From positions 943,232 to 1,007,231 of the forward strand of contig NW_002060944.1 in NCBI RefSeq assembly GCF_000150275.1: 64,000 nucleotides of DNA, written 5' to 3'. Made by a program: the position numbers and the translations under genes. This stretch comes from Trichoplax adhaerens (taxonomy: Eukaryota > Animalia > Placozoa). Shown here one piece after another: positions 1 through 13,381 of the stretch (the first letter of the stretch is position 1; every line of letters begins with the position of its first letter). A model generated the notes under the pieces. That model saw nothing but the letters and a program-made list of their open reading frames with translations, had not been told where the DNA came from and ran no database searches.

Positions 1-31
1 AACGAAGAGACAAGCATAAAAAGTAAATTAC

Positions 32-155
32 CTCGTAGATTATTGGCAAAGGTAATTTCCGTTTGGTGTACTCGGCGGATAAACTGGTAGCGACGCTGCC
101 AACATGATGCAAATCTGCTTGTGATGCTGCGAATACAAGCCAGATTAGCAGCCAT
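32..155 (-). CDS. Probable first coding exon of a gene running off the left edge; N-terminus resembles a mitochondrial presequence
   Basis: ATG at 155 (context aacATGG) reads MAANLACIRSITSRFASCWQRRYQFIRRVHQTEITFANNLR, then a GTAAT donor at 31. Arg/Ser/Ala-rich with no acidic residue in the first ~32 aa. Protein identity not recognised. Confidence 0.45.
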
Positions 156-369
156 GTTGGTGACCGGATAGAAGCAACTTGGTAGTGATTGGCTGATTTT
201 ACTAACTCCACTTGAATTACGCTCTCCTTTCAACTGTTTCCTATGGAATTTTACGCATGTATGATACAGTATAGTACCGTAGTAAGCACTCTAGTCTACC
301 AACAACAATATACCGTCAAACGACGATGACAGCAAACTCGCTACAGACATCCGGACGATTGGAACACTT

Positions 370-581
370 TCAAGCTGCTAGAAATGCCTGGCAACGACGA
401 TGATGGAATTCTTCTTGGTGAATTAACTCTGCTGCAGGAAACAGTTTAAGAGTATCTATGGAATACAATTTGTCAGAATTTCTAATGCTGTAGTAGTGAA
501 TATGGATGATAGGAGATAGTCGTTACCTCCGTGTTCACGCCGTAGAAAAATAGAACTATTGACGTCAACACTACCTCTCAT
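370..581 (-). CDS. Putative spliced upstream ORF (46 aa, two exons: 581-527 and 455-370)
   Basis: ATG at 581, donor GTAACG at 526, acceptor ttccatag at 456; phase-consistent join gives MRGSVDVNSSIFLRREHGDTLKLFPAAELIHQEEFHHRRCQAFLAA*. Confidence 0.35.
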
Positions 582-1623
582 GATTGTCTGCAAATGGTGC
601 AATGGTTGGTTATACGCTTACGCGAGTTACTAGCAGTAGCAAGCTGACTAATTTCTTGAATTTGATTACAATAATAAGGGCCGTTTCTCGTTTCCATTAG
701 CTCATGTGAACGGAAGGCAAGAGCGTACTATAGATGGTGCAATTTCACAATGATAGTCACAAGTTGCAACTGTCTCTCATAGCTTTAGTTGAAGTTAAAG
801 CTGCATGCAATTGGTCTGCACATTTGTGTAATGTACAGTACTGTACTACTGTAAGTAGAAAGTTAACAAAGTTAATGTGCAACAGAAAGGATCAAGAACT
901 CTCGTCATCCATCTGGATTTATTTACCTAGAGAATTTCAACCTAATTGACTGCTCAAAATTGGAAATCAATCCATAACCTTTTATAGAGAACGAGCAGTA
1001 ATAACGCTAAAGACAACAGTTGTTAACTAGCTAGATCTATAGCATGTATATTACATTGTAAAAATAACAATTTTAGTGTTGATTTGCAACGGAAGTACGA
1101 GAACAACACATAACAATTTTTTATAGCTACCTTTTAGTACTTGGATTCTCTAGGAATTGCATAATATAAAAATACAGAGCATTAAATACATTACACTGCA
1201 TATCATTTAGATCGTCCACGTAGCTCATAACTGACGCTGTTGCAACCACTTTAATGAGCTGCTGTTTTATCATTTATCAATTAAACATTGAATAGATGTA
1301 ACGTAGAAAACGCAAATTATTGATCATAAAAACAGACCAAATTGCATTCCACTCAATGCATAGAATCATTAAACTTAGCCATTAGCGAAAAGATCAGGTT
1401 ATAATACATTTCAGGTTAGATAGCGTATCTATTATTTTACAAATAGGATCTGAGCAAAAATTACATTCAGTTAAGGTGGTTTTGATTTCATGACGATAGA
1501 AAACTAGTGTACTAATATCTATACTGCATTATCAAATATTGTCGATTATAATTCGCAATATAAGCTCTTTCTTCAAATAAAATTACGTAAAAGAATCCAT
1601 CTCTTCATTCATGATTTATGCCG

Positions 1624-4322
1624 TTACATTACTATCTGCAATTTGGCTACCATCGGGGTTACCGCCAAAGCCTGTTAAGCAATAATATCAACTTCGTTAC
1701 AACCAGCATATACTCTTACGATTAAAATTAAAATCCATTAACAGTCTTTCTATCACGGTATACATCTACCTTTACTAGTGAATATTTCGCATATTATTTA
1801 AAATATTATACACTTACTGTCGGTAATAAGCCGCTGGGTATCGTTATTAGCAGTTGTTGAGCCTGATTCTTGATTCGTTGTGGTGAGTTTATGGACGAAG
1901 TATGCTACCAGAAATAATCCAGAACTTACAAGATACAACATCGGAAATAGCACTATTAAAGCAGTCCGTAAATTGGAAATGGCTGTCAGGGGTGGCACCA
2001 ATAATGGCATTAAACCTCCTACAGTATATTTCCACAAATACGTAAATTAAACATAAGTTTGTTAGTAATTAATAATTTATAATTAATCAATTATGAGAGT
2101 ATACACTGAAGTGTACTTGTTATTGAGCAAGCATCATTCATTCAAGAATATCCTATTCAATTTCTCTTACCGATATTAGTGATGATGAATAGATAGATTG
2201 CTATTGCTGAAGTTCGAATATTACCAGGTACAATCTCGACAACCACAGTCAGGGTAACACCAATCCACATTTCTCCAATTAAATTATTGGGAATTAGCAT
2301 AATAAATGCAGCTGGTGGTGGAAGTAGTAAAGCCATGAGAGCAAAAGGTGCAGAGCACACCTATAATATTGTAATTATATCAAATACCAGAATAACTGTA
2401 AGAGTGTGCAAGGAAATATGAATTGTGTTCAAACTTATCTATTTGAAAAATGATCTAGATTGAGTACCTGGCTAGCTATTAGTACCCATATACGGGCTTT
2501 CAAACCATAAGATGTAACTAAACGATCTGAAATTACACCACCTAATAATGATCCTAAAGAACCAGCAACTAAAGGAATCCAAGTGAGATAATCCGCAACC
2601 AACACACGTGGATAATACTGATTAAAGAAAGGTTTTGTATTATAAGCCCATACGTAGCCGGCAGCATTTCTAATCGATCCAGCAATGACAAGGCATAATA
2701 AAGTATAATTTTTGAATGGAGCGATGGCTATTATAGGTATTACCGTAGTAGATAAAATAAGATATTAGAAATCCATCAAAAAGTTATTCAAACTATTGTT
2801 AGTCATGTGCTATCTTATATTCATAAAACGAATTTGATAAGCAATAGATTCTCTTCATTAAGTTAAAAGGCATGAAGCCACAAACATACCAGCTTTAATA
2901 CGTATCCATGAAAACCCCTTTGGCGTATTTAATGACGCATCCCTATTAGTTTTGGGAGGTTCTCTGACTGTAGCAAATATAACAATTGCAATGACGAAGC
3001 CAGGAATTGCAGCAAACCAATATACCCATCGCCATCCCTGATTTAAAATATTTGCTTTAACGACATAATCGCCTAAGGTAAAAGATAAACTATAGCCCGT
3101 ATAGATTCCCCAATTATATATGCCAATGGCAGCTGCGCGAAGGCTCTAATCCAAAAATATGGCGTATTGTAGCATAAGTTATTGATGTGCTATTTTCAAG
3201 GTATATTAAGATATTTTTGATGTCTTGAAGTAAGCTTTACTATATTATGGAGTTATAGGCTATAGCGTTGACTTACAGAAGGAAAATAATCTGCAATAAT
3301 ACTTGTGGCAAACGGTGTGCAGCCTGCTTCCCTATATAATAAAATACGCCATTAGACTACTAAATAGCATAATGGCATAGTAGCATTTTGTAACGTAATG
3401 ACGTTAATAGAATCTTGTGCCTACAGTTTTAATAGATTAATCATAACTCTATTCAACTACGTTATCCATCACAATCTATTAAACATGCTAGAAATACTGT
3501 TTATTACCCAATACCAACGGCAAAGCGAAGCAATAAAAGCTGCCAGTATTTTTGAGTAAATCCAGTAATGAATGTCATAGTACTCCAAAAAAGTAAACAG
3601 CCAGCAAGGAGATTACGACGATTAGTCATGTCTCCAGTTGCTGCTAAAGGAATTCCAGCAAATGTATACACAACTACAATCAGAATATGATGAGAAGAAA
3701 AGTTATTCACCGTCAAACGTCATTTAAACACCTGTGGTTGTTAAAGTGATATTATATACATGTATATATCGAAAATAAGACCATTACCTATAAATGCTGG
3801 TCCAGCTAGTAATTCGAATAACACTCCTTGTCCATTATAATTATACATACAGACATGTTCACCAAGATGGCTAACTTTACTGTCACACCTAAGTGTAGGT
3901 ATAGAAATACTGGTAGATTAATCATAAACTTGTATTGCATCGATCTGTATTAATACTCGCTAACAAAATCCTTGTTACAAAAAATTGAAATCAGTATAAA
4001 CGGAAGAATCTTCACCCTGGATATAAGCATATCGTAATAAAAATAATAATCTTTTCACTTACATTGATTCCATTTGATGAGCTGTTAGAGTTTTATTGAT
4101 GATTTCACATGATATATTTCCAACTTGGGCTTCGCTATAGGATGTATTAAGTAGGCAGCCTTTATCACCCCAATGCATATCTTGAGCAATATAAATGGAC
4201 GTAACACCAATAGCATAGCGATCAAGTTGATTTAGTAGATATGCCAGCAATAATATAATGAGTACGTAAAATGGATACCATCCAACTTTACGAAATTCTA
4301 AGATACTTTGCTTGATATTCAT
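1624..4322 (-). CDS. Spinster-like MFS transporter, paralogue 1 (multi-exon)
   Basis: TM1 motif LLAYLLNQLDRY, motif-A-like GIPLAATGDMTNRRNLL, GEAGCTPFATSIIADYF, GIYNWGIYTGY, GWRWVYWFAAIPG, GGVISDRL and EMWIGVTLTVVVE in exons bounded by GT-AG introns. Last exon inferred (SFGGNPDVAKLQIVM*, stop at 1624). Confidence 0.9.
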
Positions 4323-4998
4323 GATTTGACTTTTGTTTTTACGGACTCAACTTCAGAAAGCTACGCCAGAACTTGAAAGATTTAATGCAGTTTTACGAAT
4401 CTTATAATATAGACAATAATCTATCAATAAGTTTGAAAACTTTGAAGCATCAACATGACTATCTCGTCCAGTAATTTATTAAAGTTGGTGGCAATCTATA
4501 GTAAAGTTCAAATCAAGCTAGGATAAAATATTACTCTATTCAGTCCAAGAATTTGATATTCTTTCTGCAGCCAATCTGTAACTTAATGGAAAAATAATAG
4601 CTATAAACGTTCTGAAGCAGTTAATATTCGTTTATAATAGTCTAAAGGACTTGATCCAATTCTAGGATAGCCAAGTAGCCGAAAAGAAATGCCATGTAAC
4701 ACTTTCAATTTGGCAGCAATTCACAAGCAGACAGTCAGTTAGTAAATATAGACCTCGATATACTAGAAATTTATATAATGATCAACTTTGACGAAAATCT
4801 TACGCTTATATAAGTCGTATTTTTACTACCATTACTCGATCATGACTACTTATAGCATACGTATACAGTCGATAGGCCTTTATTCTACGCAGTAAAGTGT
4901 TTGCATTCTTTTTCTTACCTCTGCTAAAGGTTCTATGTTTCAAGTAGCCACTTTCTGGATATGTTAGTGCCAGGTACCAAGCCCATAACATATACTGT

Positions 4999-5664
4999 AT
5001 ACTTAATAGAAATACGAATGGGTCTTACTATGCTATGAATTACTAACTACTCTAGGCCCTACTGTATACTATAAGTCCATAATACCGACTAAAACAATTG
5101 CTAGTCCTTACACTACTGTAGTAAACTGCCGCAATTTAACACTTTCTCCAGTATAAACTATTTCTTCACGATAAACTAGTAGAAAGAGTAAAATCTACTA
5201 TTAGAGATCGGATCTCTTGACTGTTGTAATGGACACTATATAGTGTATAGTATTGCTTACAAAGGTCATCTAATATGTAGTCAATAATTATAATAAACTA
5301 GTATAAGATGATAGCTAGTTCATTATTTTGCTAATACTTAATAGGTATACTAATGGGTCTTAATATGCTATGAATTGCTAACTACCCTAGGCCCTACCGT
5401 ATGCTTTAAGTCCATAATTCCGACTAAAAGAATTGCTAGTCCTCACACTACTGTAGTAAACTGCCGCAATTTAACATTTTCTATAGTATAAACTATTTTT
5501 TCACGATAAACTAGTAGAATGAGTAAAATCTACTATTAGAGATCCGATCTCTTGACTGTTGTAATGGACACTATATAGTGCACAGTATAGCTTACAATGG
5601 TCATTTAATATATAGTCAGTAATTACAATAAACTAGTATAAGATAGCTAGCTCATTATTTGCTA
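4999..5664. repeat. Tandem duplication of a ~335-bp non-coding unit (about 4999-5333 and 5334-5664)
   Basis: Two adjacent near-identical copies (aatgggtctta...ttattttgctaa) upstream of MFS paralogue 1. Confidence 0.9.
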
Positions 5665-6626
5665 AGAAAATATGGATCAGATCTGATCCGTTTAAGTTAT
5701 TTGTATCGGCGATTAAAAATGATTTATTCGAAAATAATTTATTAACGCTCACTGACAAACGTCTCACTTTCTAAGCAAGATAATTCTTTAGAAATTATTG
5801 GAGTAAAATTGCAAGTCAAATCATCAAGTCAGTGCTAGAAATAATTCATGTTGAGGTAATTTTAATGTCAATAATACTAGGTTAACTAGAAGTATCAATT
5901 ATAATTTATGCTATAAAAGCAATGAATATATATGAATGTATCTTAGGGAAAGGCATTGCAAATAAAGCTGTAAGAGTGCTTTGAACCATTTTTTAGTGCT
6001 ACTTCTCTATTCACTCTCTTCAGTTTACACGATACGAAAGTATAAGTTACTACCTCATGAGTATATAGCGCACCGTAATGAATTGAATTTATTAAGCAGC
6101 CCATAAAAGAAGCTATGATTGCGATTAAAGGAATTGAAATCCAACATTTATCAGTCAAAAAATGGAATCAGAATGGTAAAATCAATTACCATCTGCAGTA
6201 CAATAAAGTCAGATATAGCCAATTCTATTTAGACAGACTTCTAACCAATAATCAACATAAACAAGATAAATATCCCTTAATTGAACATTTTTGTTATATT
6301 CTAATTGCTATTTTATTCCTAAAGATCGAAAAAACGGGAGTATTTTTAGAAGCACTTTGTATAAAAATACCAATTTACGGGTACTGATTCCATTCTAGTA
6401 GATGCATTTAAACTACGATTAGTAATCTAACTTTTAAAGCAAGAATATTTCACAGGCAGAAAAAAGGCCAATAATTCATGAATTGGACCTTAGGGTTCTT
6501 AGTTGAACTGTTTTACCATAGTTTATTCGCGGACAAGATCCACATAACAAGCATCTCGACATAGGACGAAAATTTAGAGTTGAAGTCATCGCATCAAAGG
6601 ATTTAGTTTATCTGCCATCTTGATCA

Positions 6627-9372
6627 CTATTCACTTTCGTCACTTTCTAAAGAAATAAAAGATTTGATAAGAGAATAGCGTTGACATAGAGTAAAGTTTT
6701 CGATTATTGCTCTATCTAGCAGTATTTTTAAATGTCAAGACTGTAACAGCCCGTAGTTGAGTATGGTAAACAAAGTATTAATCACAAACTTACTATCAGT
6801 AAGCAGTCGCTTCGTGTCGTCTATAGTGCCTGCTGAGACTGAATCTTTTTCGTTTTCTTTACTTGTAAATTTATGCACCAAGTATGTTACCAGAAACAGT
6901 CCAGAGCTTACAACATACAACGATGGAAATAGCACTATTAAAGCGATCCGTAAATTTGAAGCGGCCGCAAGAGGAGGCACCAATAATGGCATTAAACCAG
7001 CTGCATTTCGATATATAAATTGAATACAGGTGTTGTTATAAATTTCTGTACTAAGAATATTATTGGGAGTACATGCAACAGAACCAAAAATCTTTGAAAG
7101 ATCATTTATTATTCAAGTACGAATATACCTCCATTCGATTTTTCTTACCGATATTAGTAATGATAAAGAGATAGATTGCTATTGCTGAAGTACGAATATT
7201 GCCAGGTACGATCTCCACTATAACAGTCAGAGTAACACCAATCCACATTTCTCCAATTAAATAATTGGGAATCAAAATAATAAATGCTGCTGGTGGTGGC
7301 AATAGCAAGGCCATGAGAGCAAAAGGCGCAGAACACAACTATAATATTATTATGATACCTTATTGCGTGAAATATTGTATAACTCATACCGTTTAAAAGT
7401 AATCGAATAAATAATTTTAATAATATAGTTGATACCGTAAAATTATATTTAATCAAAGTCAATTACCTGGCTAGCTATTAACACCCATATTCGAGCTTTC
7501 AAGCCGTAAGATGTAACTAAACGATCCGAAATAATTCCACCTAGCAGAGATCCTAGAGAACCAGCAATTAATGGAATCCATACAAGATAATTCGCGACCA
7601 TTACTTGCGGATAATATTGGTTGAAATAAGACTTTACATTGTAAGCCCACACATAACCTCCAGCATTTCTAATAGATCCAGCAATGACGAGGCATAATAA
7701 AGTATAATTTTTGAATGGAGCAATAGCTTTTGAAAGCAAGAGTAAAATTAAAAATCATGTAAATAAATCATCGTGATAAGTAAGAGAATATGATATTGCA
7801 CTTATTATGGTTTATGGCCGATAGTACCTGTATAGTGTACTCTTAAATGTAAGGCCTATGCTTTTATTACAAACATACCAGATTTAAAGCGTGTCCATGA
7901 AAGCTTTTCTGACATATTTGAGGATTTATCTTTATGCGCTTTTTGAGGTTCTTTGACTGTAGCAAGTATAAGAATGGCGATAATGAAACCAGGAATTGCG
8001 GCAATCCAATACACCCATCGCCATCCCAGATTCAAGATATTTGCTCTAACAACGTAATCACCTAACGCAAAGGATAAACTATAGCCTGTATAGATTCCCC
8101 AGTTATATATAGAAATGGCAGCAGCCCGAAGATTCTAATTAAAAATGTTAAACTGGATAAGTTAATGATACACTATATCCAAAGTTAATTAAGAACCTGT
8201 ACTAGTATCATATGCAAGTTTACATTATGATTAACATGGAATTATCGTATTTACTGAACTTACCGAAGGAAAGTAATCGGCGATAATACTTGCTGCGAAC
8301 GGTGTACATCCTGCTTCTCTATAATATCATATTAGCAGCTATATTATTATCAATGGTATCATTTATCAACAGTCTAACATATTGATATAATATAGAATTG
8401 AATCTACTAATTATTTCATCTAAGGTATCTTGTATCAATAGTTAAACATACTTATATTAATATAGAATTGAATCCACTAAAAACTTCTAATTTTAATAAT
8501 TTCTTTTACTCTTAATAACTATCAATAATACTGAAATTAAGTACCCAATGCCAATTGCAAAGCGAAGTACTAAAAGCTGCCAGTACTTTTCAGTAAATCC
8601 AGTGATGAATGTCATAGCACTCCAGAAAAACAAACAGCCGACAAGAAGATTACGACGATTAGTCAGGTCGCCAATTGCCGCTAGAGGAATTCCAGAAAAT
8701 GTATATACCACTACGAATAGGACAAAAAGCGGAATAGAAGAAAAATATGACTTGTAATAGCAGGTCATTTTACCAACTATACAAGATTAATGTCATACAG
8801 GTAGCGAAAATAAGGCCATTACCTATAAATGCTGGCCCAGCCAATATTTGAAATAATTCTCCCTGTCCGTTGTAATCGTACTTACAGACATGCTCACCGA
8901 AATCATTAACTTTGCTGTCACATCTAAATTAACAGACAAGGGATACAGTAGACTAATTACTATATAAAGTCTTTTATAAACTTTTGCTACATCCATCAGC
9001 AATTAATATCCGCTAATACAGTCCATGCTATGATAAAATGAATTGGTATAACGGTGGGATAAACATGAAGCTAAGAATAAAGCAAGAAAAGTGAATACCA
9101 TCAATCACTTACATCGATTCAATTTGATGAGAAGTTAGAGTTTTGTCATGGATTCCACACGATATATTTCTAAATTGGGCTTTACTATAAGACGTGTTAA
9201 GCAGGCAGCCTTTATTGCCCCATTGCATTTCTTGAGCAATATAAATGGATGTAACACCAATAGCATAGCGATCCAGTTGATTCAATAGATATGTTAGTAG
9301 CAGTAAAATGAGTACATAAACTGGATAGCACCCAATTTCACGAAGCTCCAACACTTTTCGCTTGATACCCAT
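6627..9372 (-). CDS. Spinster-like MFS transporter, paralogue 2 (multi-exon)
   Basis: Same exon structure and motifs as paralogue 1 (LLTYLLNQLDRY, GIPLAAIGDLTNRRNLL, GGIISDRL, EMWIGVTLTVIVE). Terminal exon inferred (KSDESE*, stop at 6627). Confidence 0.9.
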
Positions 9373-11349
9373 GATTCTACTTATACTAGGATACGGCTTA
9401 AAGATTTAGTGTAATTTCATGATATTTTTAAAATAAGTCACAAGCTTTCTTGGAAATATTGATGTATTCCGATAGCTGGTTCGTAGTAAATGCTGATGCG
9501 AATTTTCCTAAAATTGAAATCAACTAAGGATTTAAAATGAAGCTTTCAGTTAGAGATTTATTCCTTCTTTCCACAACCAACCTTTAGTCTAATTAAGAGA
9601 TGATAGTGTTTGGCTTCATTAAGCTTTTAATTTATAATTTATAGCTGGTTAAATCTCATATTCTCATATCTGATTAATTGAAAAGTAACATCATTAGGAT
9701 TACAGTAGAGTTACAAGTAAAGTTCTGTAGTCGACTCGCGTCAGTAGACTTGTGTTCAAGTTTTGTATGGCACTGTTTTATAAGGCGAAAATCCCATCTC
9801 GACCAAAGAGCATGTTATCGAGTCGTAAAATAATATTCCGGAGGGACATTTATAAGGGTTTATTCTTAAGCGATTTGCATAATTGATAATATATTCCAAT
9901 GGCCGGTCTCTAGGGAACCCCATACTTTCTCTGAGAATTAGTGAATGGATTCCAACTATAGCGTATTAGTAGCACATGACCAGACAGCAAGCAGAAAGAA
10001 CTACACCACGGTATAAAAGTTATATATATTGGTAAATGAGCACTGTAATTACCATCTCACAAAGTGGATAAAATGCAAATTGCTCTCATACGGTACTCAG
10101 TACAATACTTTCTTTCCCAAATTTTTGTCCAGGAGTAACCAGTTCCATTGACCTTTTTTTGAAGTAGTCTTGTCGTGTAGTTACGCCACCAAATTGCGCC
10201 ATTAGATCTTCGAGAAAGATGCAATTTACTGTAGTATAAAGTATCTGATTTTACATGATGCCAATCAAAATGATGAAAAGTTCGTCAAATCTTACTAGAT
10301 AAATGTGGACAGCATGACCAAATCTTTATTTACTCTGGTTCTGGCATAACCAACATGGAAAGAATTATGCGCCATGGATAAGCGATTACTGTGGTAGATG
10401 CCTTTACTAATTAGGAATGGACTCCATTAAGGACTATTAATAACTGTCATGAGTATGACAATTGCTTCATTATCTGGATGCTTATTGTACTTTATAAATC
10501 TGACAATTATCATTGCATAGTCCTATATAATGATACTTTTGATGAACTACTTTCACAACAAGAGATTGCCCATGCAGTCGTAGATGATTATAATTCATCT
10601 AATTATTCCATGAAACACAGTATTTGATTTAGTATAGTAGATATTTCTGTAATAAAACCTAAGGAGAGTTAGCAACTACGGATTATTTCCTTTAAGGCTT
10701 TATAATTATAGTCACTTAGTGAAAGATTATGGATGTTACGGATATCTATTTAGTATAACCAAATATACTTCAGCCCTCTTTTATCGGGTGGGGGTTGGGA
10801 TTATAAGTTATTCATAACTGGTGACCGTTTGCGTTGACGGATTATTTTATAGCTCATACTATGTTGTACTGTATAAATCTGATCATATGCAATTTCAGGA
10901 AGTGAAATGCTATATTTTATGGACTAGATAAAATAAATCATTAGTTTATACAGTACCATGCAGCTTTCATATAAGAATGTTTTGGAGGGCGTATTCAGTT
11001 ACGAGAGATAGAGTATTGTAAATATCGTGAACTCCTAAATATTGGTGCATTACGCGTATTTCCATCGCATTATTAATTTTAGCCCTTTTAAATTAATACA
11101 GTATACTATCATTACACTATTATCGAAGCACAGTTTCCTGCTTAAACTTTACTTCCTGCTACTGTCTAGAAGTGGTAGCGGACACAATCGATGGCACACT
11201 GAGAAAATGTACGGGGTTAAATGCTAAGCGAGGAGCGATTGATAAAAGCTAACTATAATTTGCTAAAAAAAAGTGCTGATTATTGTCTAACAGGCATAGA
11301 AGCAACGCTAATGGTCGTCAATATTCTAACGACTAGCTTATATAGTATT

Positions 11350-11800
11350 CTAACGAGTCTTTTCCTTCTTTTGAGTATTTAACAACAATTTTTGGTACAG
11401 TACTGGTACTAGATATGAGAACACGCATATTCGGCAAAGAAAAAGTACGGCGCGAAAGTATTGTTTTAATTTCGGGATTACAATATAGTTTGAGGGATTT
11501 TTATCAATAGTAGCCGAAGCTTCTTGTTCTGATGGAAAATTAATCAAGGAGATTTTTTTAGTGTAAATCTATCAACTTGAGCTTCTGGAAGCTGACAGGT
11601 TCCTTCATTATCTGTACGATTTTGTATTACGAAAACTAAGAATGGTCGTTCCAATTCATGAGTATCACCGTGCATGCTTTCATTCTTTTCTTGCAGTGCT
11701 TTATGCGATTCATTTAAATGTCGCTGCCGAATACTATGCACCAGCATCACATCTATATTCAAAATCGAGATCATTTTCTTTACAGTTACAGGGATAACAG
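11350..11800 (-). pseudogene. moxR: Decayed bacterial-type MoxR family AAA+ ATPase fragment
   Basis: ALQEKNESMHGDTHELERPFLVFVIQNRTDNEGTCQLPEAQVDRFTLK matches the MoxR signature AMQExQVT..G.T..L..PFxVxATQNPxEQEGTYPLPEAQ(L/V)DRFMLK. After a frameshift in the A7 run (~11553-11559) it continues INFPSEQE (cf. IDYPS.EEE), and later LVPVLYQKLLLN (cf. lid PVLRHRLILN). No introns; Walker A/B not recoverable. Confidence 0.8.
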
Positions 11801-13381
11801 TTGCATCAATTGAAGCAAAATTGGAGCAATACAACTATAATAAAGACACCATCAGTTATTGAAGGGTTTGGATAGATTGAAAATTCAATAAAATAATTCT
11901 CCAGATTCTATTTTTTCAGTGCGTAAATAATATTATCACCATTTTTGACTGAAACTCAAATTGGTGAAAGTATTGCATGTTAAAGTTCATTTATGATATT
12001 CCTTACAACAGTATTGATTCCGTTTGAATAAAAAATATCCAACATATTTATGTTCTGGAATAAAGGTATCAACAAAATTTATAGTAAAAAAAAAGAAAAG
12101 ATAATCATTCTAGTACCGAGAATTCGATAGCTATTGTTCACTATCGTTTGTCGCTCGCTTTATTCAAGACGGAAAGGATGCATTTAAACCCAAGTTCAGA
12201 TTCCTGTATTGACTCGATATTGCAGATTCCAGCTATGATTTTAAGATTCTGATTCTGAACGGCCGTCGTCTTTTCGATTTTAAGATCAAATCAATGCTAG
12301 ACATGATCATTATTAAAGTTCAGCCTCAAGTTATCATCGATATCGAAGAGTTACACAGCTTTACCTATAGAAATTATTTAATTTAGGTAAAATTATAGCG
12401 GTACGCTAGAGTCTGGCTTTGTAGCTAATGTATGAGACGAAAAATCAAGCGGAAGTACTATCCTACAGGATATTAGTCAACGTCATATCTTGAAAGTAAA
12501 TAGTAGTGATAAGCGAATATCAATACGACACTAGCTGGATTACACGTCATGAAATATCTGTATTCTCTTGGTATTAAGAGTTATTATCCAATGATATTAC
12601 TATATGGCGAGTTAACGCTCAAATCGCGGCTACTTGTATAGGAAATCGATGATGCTAATATAACAGAGGTTGCAGGTGAATGTTTTGTATAAATGAATTA
12701 TATAGCAGGTGAAATGCTGTCCAAGATAAAACTAAACCTTGATATCACTCATGTTAATTAATACATTATAATAATTCAACGAACTCCACAGTCTGGCATA
12801 AATATTAGTTTAAACTTCCTGCTGTCTATTTAAAGCATAGCTTGCGAGAAATAAAATAACAAGCGAACATTTTGTAATCTATAAACTTCATTCATATAAA
12901 ATATTTTTCAAGTTAACTTTGATGTTATCATACTACAGTAAGCAAGGATAAGATATCATTGTTATATTGTCTTATGATGTCCATGTTCAATTGTTCATGT
13001 TGTACTGTATATAAGTATATAATCTGGTTGAATATAAGCAATAATTGATTGCTTTGATTCGATTCATGTAATTATGTAGAATACTTTATGACAACGCTAT
13101 AAAACTAAGATAAGATACAAATTTTAGAGAATAGCTTAATGAATCATAATTGACTTTTTATTGACAACCTTTCGCTATCAATAGCAATTATTCAATTCTA
13201 CCTACAATTTATAATAGTGGCCATACACAGATTTAATTTGTTATATGAAATTTCCAATACGTAGGTTAATACTTTTAATAACTGACGCAATTCATCAATT
13301 AAGTGGTTGTATTATACAGTATTAAAATTAATGGACTTGAAACAATCTAAGACTTGGCAAAAACTGATAAAAATCTTGAGA

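Noticed and set aside
32-100. Start of a RhoGEF DH domain (RRYQFIRRVHQTEITFANNLR)
   Set aside because: Only a weak motif resemblance; a mitochondrial presequence reading fits as well, and the rest of the gene is outside the window.
10370-10432. VVDAFT integrase-like motif on the plus strand
   Set aside because: Six residues flanked by stops, with no further DDE context.
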